Shown: positions 58,475 to 64,000 of the stretch, piece by piece | How positions within the stretch are numbered: position 1 is the stretch's first letter | Layout: every line of letters starts with the position of its first letter | Source of the DNA: an uncultured Candidatus Binatia bacterium | GTDB taxonomy: Bacteria > Desulfobacterota > Binatia > UBA9968 > JAJDTQ01 | NCBI GenBank assembly: GCA_965242525.1 | Contig: OZ251459.1 | Coordinates: forward strand, 64,001-128,000 | DNA: 64,000 nt | Direction: 5' to 3' | Program-made: the position numbers and the translations under genes | The notes under the pieces: model-generated | What the model was told of the DNA's origin: nothing | What the model saw: only the letters and a program-made list of their open reading frames with translations | Database searches by the model: none

Positions 58475-59170
58475 TCAGAGGCGGAGCGGGACGGGTTCCT
58501 CCAGGGAGATGGCGCGGGTGGTGACCCGGGCCCGGTAGGGACAGACCTCGACGCCGGCCTCGACCGCACGGCGCAGCCAGCGCCCGTACTCGGGGTCGAT
58601 GTGGTCCGCGGGCCCGAAGCGGTCGCAGTCCCGCCGCTGGATCACGAACAGCAGCGCCGCCCGGTGGCCTTGGCGCCGCAGCCGCATGAGCTCTTTCAGG
58701 TGCTTGGTCCCGCGTTCGCTCACGGCGTCCGGAAAGAGGGCGGCCCGGTCCACTGCCAGGGTGACGTTCTTCACCTCCACGTAGCACCGCTCCCCGGGGT
58801 TCTCCAGCAGGAAGTCGAGCCGGGACCCCGGCGCGGTGCGCACCTCCGGCCGGAGTTGCTCGTAACCTTGCAGTTCCCGGACCGCGCCGGTCTCGATGCC
58901 CTCCCGGGCGAGCCGGTTGGCCGCCAGGGTGTTGATCCCCACCAGCGTTCGGCCCACCCGGATCAACTCCCAGGTGAAGGGCAGTTTCCGTCCCTTGCCC
59001 CGTTGTTCCGAGAGATAGACCCGGCTGCCCGGGGCGTTGCACCCGAGCATGCTGCCGGTGTTGGTGCAGTGGGCGGTCACCCGCGCGCCGTCGTCGAGCT
59101 CCACGTCTGCGAGGAAGCGCTTGTAGCGCCTGACGAGGATGCCGGGAACCAGCGGAGCGGGGAAACGCAT
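58475..59170 (-). CDS. sfsA: Sugar fermentation stimulation protein / DNA-RNA nuclease SfsA
   Basis: RRYKRFLADV, HCTNTGSM, SRLDF, EVKNVTL, FPDAVSERGTKHL. Confidence 0.95.
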   Translation of the reverse strand: MRFPAPLVPGILVRRYKRFLADVELDDGARVTAHCTNTGSMLGCNAPGSRVYLSEQRGKGRKLPFTWELIRVGRTLVGINTLAANRLAREGIETGAVRELQGYEQLRPEVRTAPGSRLDFLLENPGERCYVEVKNVTLAVDRAALFPDAVSERGTKHLKELMRLRRQGHRAALLFVIQRRDCDRFGPADHIDPEYGRWLRRAVEAGVEVCPYRARVTTRAISLEEPVPLRL

Positions 59171-59300
59171 GGCGCTGTCGGTACGGGGAGGGGCGGCTTG
59201 CGGCGCTGCCGGGCGGCGTCCGTGCGGTCCGCGGACGACTTCCGGGGAGCGCGCCCGGGATGCGCGTCAGGGGGGAAGCCTCAGCGCGCCGCTGTCCGCT

Positions 59301-60170
59301 TCAGGCCTCGGCCCCGAGGCACCGTTGCGCGGCGCGGCGGAGCAGGACTCCGATGAGGTGGCGCTTGTACTCCGCGCTGCCTTCGCGGTCGTCCACCGGC
59401 GCGGCTTGGTCGGCGAGGGCGTTCGCGGCTTCCGCAAGGCGCTCGCCGACCGAGTCCGCGGGACCGGCCAGGAGGCTTTCCGCGGCCGCGGAGCGGCAGG
59501 GCCGGGGGCTCACGCAGCCCACCGCGCAACGGGCTTCCCGGATTTCCGCGCCGCCCTCGTCCAGTTCCAGGACCAGGGCGAGGCCCAGGAGCGGCCGCTC
59601 GTGGACCTGGAACTTGAGGTAGGCGGCGCGCTGCCCCGGCCCGGGCAGCGGCACTTCCACTCCGGTGAGGACCTCCTCCCGGCCGAGGGAGGTCTCGTAG
59701 GCTCCGGTCAGGAGCTCGTCCATGGCGAGGACGCGCTCCCCGGACCTTCCCTGGACCCGCGCCGCGGCTCCGAGGGCCAGCAGCAGGGTCGCCGGGTCGG
59801 AATGGGGCTCGGCAAAGCACAGGTTGCCGCCCAGGGTGCCGGCGGCGCGCACGCGCACGTTGGCCACGTTGGCTTCCATCTCGGCCATCACGGGCAGGGA
59901 CTCCCGCACCAGGGCCGAGCGCTCGATGTTCCGGTGGGTGGCCGCGGCGCCCAGGTGCAGGTGCGGGCCGCGGCGCTCGATGCCGTCCAGTCCCGGCACG
60001 GCCTTCACGTCGATGAGGTTCTCGTAGCGCAGCAGGTCATGCCGCATGGCCAGGAGGAGCTCGGTGCCGCCGGCGTAGAGGCTGGCGGTCTCGCCGTAGT
60101 GGTCGAGCATGGCCGCGGCCTCCTTCAGGTCCGCGGGCCGATGGATGGCGAAGCGCCGCAGCGGCATCAT
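59301..60170 (-). CDS. Xanthine dehydrogenase family FAD subunit
   Basis: AGGTEL, IDVK, VRAAGTLGGN, GSAEYK. Start trimmed to ATG 60170. Confidence 0.9.
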   Translation of the reverse strand: MMPLRRFAIHRPADLKEAAAMLDHYGETASLYAGGTELLLAMRHDLLRYENLIDVKAVPGLDGIERRGPHLHLGAAATHRNIERSALVRESLPVMAEMEANVANVRVRAAGTLGGNLCFAEPHSDPATLLLALGAAARVQGRSGERVLAMDELLTGAYETSLGREEVLTGVEVPLPGPGQRAAYLKFQVHERPLLGLALVLELDEGGAEIREARCAVGCVSPRPCRSAAAESLLAGPADSVGERLAEAANALADQAAPVDDREGSAEYKRHLIGVLLRRAAQRCLGAEA

Positions 60171-62458
60171 GGGCGGGTCCCTCCGCGGGCGTCGCGGATG
60201 GCGCGCCACACCTTTTCCGGCGTCAGCGGCGCCCGCCGCACCCGGGCGCCGGTGGCGCGGAAGACGGCGTTGGCGATGTTGGCGGGCAGGGAGTTGAGCG
60301 ACGCCTCGCCGCCGCCCTTGGCGCCGTAGGGTCCCACCCCGTCGCGGTTCTCCACCAGCTCCAGCTTCACCGACCGCGGCATGTCGGAGAAGCGGGGCAG
60401 GCGGTACTCCAGCAGGTTGCCGTTGAGGAGCTGGTTGCGGTCGAACACCAGTTCCTCGAACATGCCGATGCCCATGCCGGTGGTCGCGGCGCCGATGTCC
60501 TGGCCCTCGGCCAGGGCCGGGTTGATGGCCAGGCCCACGTCGCCGGCCGTGCCCAGGGTCTCCATGGTCACCTTGCCGGTCTCCTCGTCCACCGACACCT
60601 CCACTCCGGTGGAGGCGGCTTCCCAGAACACCGGCAACCGGGCGAAGTCCCCGTCCTTGCGGATGTAGGCGCGGCCGATGACCTCGCCGTCCGGCAGCCG
60701 GTAGTAGCGGGTCAGCACCTCGGACCAGTCCAGCCGCGCCTCCCCGCAGACGACGCCGCCCCGGACCGGGCGGATCTCGGACTCCTCGACCCCCAGCACG
60801 TCCGCGGCCATGCGGACCATCTGTTCCCTGGCCTCGCGGCTCGCTTCCTGCACCGCGCGCCCCATGAGCGTGGTGGTGCGGCTCGCGCCGGTGGATCGGT
60901 CGTAGGGCGTGATGGCCGTGTCCGACGACACCACCCGCACCTTGTCGAAGGGGACCCCGAGCTCCTCTGCGGCGATCTGGGGCAGCACCGTGTGGCTGCC
61001 CTGGCCCAGCTCGGTGCTGCCGATCATCAGCGAGACCGAGCCGTCCGCGTGCACGCGCACGGCCGTGGAGGTCAGCGGATAGGCGCCGGCGTCGCTGGCC
61101 GAGCACCCGATGGAGCGTCCGCGGCCCCGGGGCAGGGGCTCCTTCCAGCCGATGTTGTCGGCCACGATGCGCAGGTCCTCGGTGAGGGTGCCGTCGAACG
61201 GGCGCATGCCGGGGAAGAACTCCTGCTTCGGGCGCGCCACGTTGTCCATGCGGAACTCATAGGGATCCTTGCCGATCCGGGCCGCGAGCTCGTCGATCTG
61301 GGACTCTCCCGCCATGGTCACCTGGGCGCAGCCGAAACCCCGGAAGGAGCTGGCCGGCACCGTGTTGGTATAGACCGAGTAGTTGTCGATGCGGACGTTG
61401 GGGATGGAGTAGGGTCCCACGCAGCGGTTGGACGACTTCTCGCACACCAGCGGGCTGTTCTCCGCGTAGGCGCCGGTGTTCATGTAGATCTTCGCCTGGC
61501 GCGCGATGATCTTCCCGTCCGCGTCCACCGCGGTGCGCATCCACGTGAGCGCGTCGTCGCCCCGGGTGGTGAGCATGGCCTCTTCCACGCTGAGCTGGAG
61601 CTTGACCGGCCGGCGGGCCTTCCACGCGCACGCCGACGCCAGCGGCTCGACCTTGGTGTAGGACTTGCTGCCGTAGCCTCCCCCCACGAACGGCACGATG
61701 AGGCGGATCTGGCTCACCGGCAGGTCGAAGATGGTCTTCAGGTCGTGGCGCACCATGAACGGATGCTGGGCCGACGAGTAGATGGTCACGCCATCGTCGC
61801 CCACTTCGGCAATGGCCACGTAGGGCTCCATGGCGTAGGCGTAGGCCATGGGGAAGTAGTACTCGCCCTCCACCACCGCGGCCGCCCGGGCGAACGCCGC
61901 GTCCACGTCGCCCCACTCGACGTGGTGCTCCTGGCACAGGTTGGAGCCCCGGCCCGCGGTGACCTCGCCCTTGAAGCCCCGCAGCGCCCCGGCCTCGAAC
62001 TGCCGCTCGTGCAGCAGGGGCGCGGTCTTCTCCAGCGCCTCCCCGGGCTCCATGACCGCGGGCAGCTCCTCGTACTCCACCCGGATGAGTTCCAGCGCCT
62101 CGTAGGCGGTGATCTCGTCCACGGCGATGACCGCGGCCACGGGCTCGCCCGCGTACCGGACCTTGTCGATGGCGATGAGCGGGTGGTCCTTGACCGCGTG
62201 GCCGAAATAGGGGTTGAGCCCCTCCAGGCGGTCTCCCCGGAGCACGTCGTACACGCCGGCCCGGGCTTCGGCCCCGGACGTGTCCATGGAGACGATGCGG
62301 GCGTGGGCGTAGGGGCTCCGCAGCACCTTGGCGTAGGCCATGCCCGGCAGCTTGACGTCGCTCACGTAGAGCGCCCGGCCCGAGACCTTGGCCCGGCCGT
62401 CCCGGCGCGGCACCGAGCGGTTGACCACCTGGAAGTCGCGGCTGCCGTCGTCGCTCAT
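60167..62458 (-). CDS. Xanthine dehydrogenase family molybdopterin subunit
   Basis: RSPYAHA, GGGYGSK, SFRGFG, ELGQG, GAKGGGE. Start trimmed to ATG 62458. Confidence 0.92.
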   Translation of the reverse strand: MSDDGSRDFQVVNRSVPRRDGRAKVSGRALYVSDVKLPGMAYAKVLRSPYAHARIVSMDTSGAEARAGVYDVLRGDRLEGLNPYFGHAVKDHPLIAIDKVRYAGEPVAAVIAVDEITAYEALELIRVEYEELPAVMEPGEALEKTAPLLHERQFEAGALRGFKGEVTAGRGSNLCQEHHVEWGDVDAAFARAAAVVEGEYYFPMAYAYAMEPYVAIAEVGDDGVTIYSSAQHPFMVRHDLKTIFDLPVSQIRLIVPFVGGGYGSKSYTKVEPLASACAWKARRPVKLQLSVEEAMLTTRGDDALTWMRTAVDADGKIIARQAKIYMNTGAYAENSPLVCEKSSNRCVGPYSIPNVRIDNYSVYTNTVPASSFRGFGCAQVTMAGESQIDELAARIGKDPYEFRMDNVARPKQEFFPGMRPFDGTLTEDLRIVADNIGWKEPLPRGRGRSIGCSASDAGAYPLTSTAVRVHADGSVSLMIGSTELGQGSHTVLPQIAAEELGVPFDKVRVVSSDTAITPYDRSTGASRTTTLMGRAVQEASREAREQMVRMAADVLGVEESEIRPVRGGVVCGEARLDWSEVLTRYYRLPDGEVIGRAYIRKDGDFARLPVFWEAASTGVEVSVDEETGKVTMETLGTAGDVGLAINPALAEGQDIGAATTGMGIGMFEELVFDRNQLLNGNLLEYRLPRFSDMPRSVKLELVENRDGVGPYGAKGGGEASLNSLPANIANAVFRATGARVRRAPLTPEKVWRAIRDARGGTRP

Positions 62459-62955
62459 TTCCCGGCCTCCTGCCTCATCACTGCCGCGGCCTTGCGGATC
62501 GCCTTGACGATGGGGACGTACCCGGTGCAGCGGCAGAGGTTGCCGTCCATGTGGTGGATGATCTCGTGGTCGGAGGGGTTCGGGACGTCGTCGAGCAGCG
62601 CCTTGGCGGACAGGATCATCCCCGGCGTGCAGAAGCCGCACTGGAACGCGAACTCGTCGATGAAGCACTGCTGGATCGGGTGCAGCGTGCGGTCGGCCTT
62701 CTCCAGGCCCTCGATGGTGGTGACGCTCCGCCCTTGGGACTCGTAGGCTAGGTACGTGCAGGAGCTCACCGGCAGGCCGTCCACCAGCACCGTGCAGGCC
62801 CCGCAGACCTGGACCTCGCACGAGATCTTGGTACCGGTGAGGTTCAGCCGGTCCCGGAGCACCTGGGACAGGGTCTCTTGCGGCTCGCACTCCACGGCCA
62901 CGGTCTTGCCGTTGAGTTCGAAGCGCAGGTCCATGTGGGCTTGCGGCTTAGACAT
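62455..62955 (-). CDS. Xanthine dehydrogenase family 2Fe-2S subunit
   Basis: CEVQVCGAC, QCGFCTPG, NLCRCTGY. Confidence 0.93.
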   Translation of the reverse strand: MSKPQAHMDLRFELNGKTVAVECEPQETLSQVLRDRLNLTGTKISCEVQVCGACTVLVDGLPVSSCTYLAYESQGRSVTTIEGLEKADRTLHPIQQCFIDEFAFQCGFCTPGMILSAKALLDDVPNPSDHEIIHHMDGNLCRCTGYVPIVKAIRKAAAVMRQEAGK

Positions 62956-63970
62956 AGTGGGGGATGATCTCCTCGGACCAGAGCAGCATCTCCCTGTACA
63001 TGGTGTCCATGTCCGGGTAGATGAGCTTGAGCTCGAAGTGCTGCACGCCGGCCTCGATGAACTCGTCGAGGCGTTTCCGGACGTCGTCCACCGAGCCGAT
63101 GATGTGGCGGTCCAGCGCGAACTGGATGTTGTCCACGTCGCGCTCGTAGGTGTGGGAGCTCTCGCGGATGGTGGGCAGCGCCAGGGTCAGGGCCTCGTCC
63201 CGGGTGCGGGCGATGGCGGCCAGCTTCTCTACCGCGATCTTGACGCCCGCAGGGTCCCGGCCCGCGTCCTCGGCCGCCTTCCTGAGGATGCCGCAGCCCC
63301 GAGCCATCTCCGCCGGCGAAAGCCATCCGGGGATCCAGCCCTCGCCGTAGCGCCCGGCGCGCACCGCGGCCTGGTCCATCCAGCCGCCCACCCACACCGG
63401 AGGATGGGGTTTCTGCAGCGGCTTGGGGTGGACCTCGGCGTTGTCGAACTTGAGGTACTTGCCCTCGTAGGACGCCATGGGCTGGGTCCAGATGGCCTTC
63501 ATGGCCTCGATGTACTCGTCCGTGCGGTTGCCCCGGCCCTTGACGGGCACCTCGAAGACGTCGAACTCGCTGGAGTCTCGGGTGGCCTTGGAGCCGAGGC
63601 CGACCCCCACCAGGAGCCGCCCGTCGCACAGGTGGTCCAGCGTGGCGCACTGCTTGGCCGCGTAGATGGGGTTGCGCAGCGGCATGACCAGGCACGCCAC
63701 CCCGATCTGGATGTCCTTCGTCTTGGCGGCCAGGTACGACATGGTGGTCATGGCCTCGAAGAAGTTGGCCTCCTGGGCGTCGGTGAGGGCTTCCGCGGCC
63801 CCCGACGAGATGTGGTGCCGGTGCATCTCCGAGCTCCACACCACGTGGTCGTGGAGCCAGACGGTGTCGAAGCCCAGCTCCTCCGAGTTCTGCGCCGCCT
63901 TGACGATGTTCTCCTTGCTGGAAAGCGGTCCGGAGTTGGGCACCCGGATGCCGAATTCGAATTTACCCAT
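62948..63970 (-). CDS. LLM-class flavin/F420-dependent oxidoreductase
   Basis: GFDTVWLHDH, RNP, LDHLCDGRL, PKPLQKPHPPVWVGG; AGGAG RBS. Confidence 0.9.
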   Translation of the reverse strand: MGKFEFGIRVPNSGPLSSKENIVKAAQNSEELGFDTVWLHDHVVWSSEMHRHHISSGAAEALTDAQEANFFEAMTTMSYLAAKTKDIQIGVACLVMPLRNPIYAAKQCATLDHLCDGRLLVGVGLGSKATRDSSEFDVFEVPVKGRGNRTDEYIEAMKAIWTQPMASYEGKYLKFDNAEVHPKPLQKPHPPVWVGGWMDQAAVRAGRYGEGWIPGWLSPAEMARGCGILRKAAEDAGRDPAGVKIAVEKLAAIARTRDEALTLALPTIRESSHTYERDVDNIQFALDRHIIGSVDDVRKRLDEFIEAGVQHFELKLIYPDMDTMYREMLLWSEEIIPHYV

Positions 63971-64000
63971 GTCAGCTCCTCGAATCCTTCGGTGCGGGGC

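Noticed and set aside
60167-62458. Aerobic CO dehydrogenase CoxL
   Set aside because: The active-site loop reads PASSFRGFG, not AYxCSFR (form I) or AYxGAGR (form II).

Overview
High-GC bacterial chromosomal segment. The gene content (many TRAP/TTT/LIV transporters, non-canonical M20 hydrolases, LLM and xanthine-dehydrogenase-family enzymes, stand-alone grdE-grdB) suggests a Binatia/deltaproteobacterial heterotroph; this is inference only. The most notable region is a ~20 kb DISARM-related defence locus (about 1.4-21.5 kb). Its minus-strand core is a DrmD-like SNF2 helicase, a 1885-aa N6-adenine methyltransferase with AT-rich swapped segments, and a 1988-aa YprA/DruE-type helicase-DUF1998 protein fused to a Vsr-like nuclease and an apparently intact LexA-type S24 self-cleavage domain. 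No separate DrmA, DrmB or DrmC genes are visible. Two AAA-DUF4143 ATPases with palindrome-covered promoters and an XRE-ImmA/IrrE + PIN pair lie within or next to the core. A second, lower-GC islet (27.5-29.4 kb) encodes an ABC-type ATPase and a PIN protein, followed by an RNA ligase. It abuts a selenoprotein grdB whose in-frame UGA has a SECIS-like hairpin and a U-x-x-S-x-x-S motif in place of UxxCxxC. The rest is catabolic, transport and housekeeping genes, interspersed with REP-like repeats that carry tandem duplications at their ends. No rRNA, tRNA, CRISPR array, integrase or transposase was recognised. All calls come from reading motifs by eye; no searches were run.
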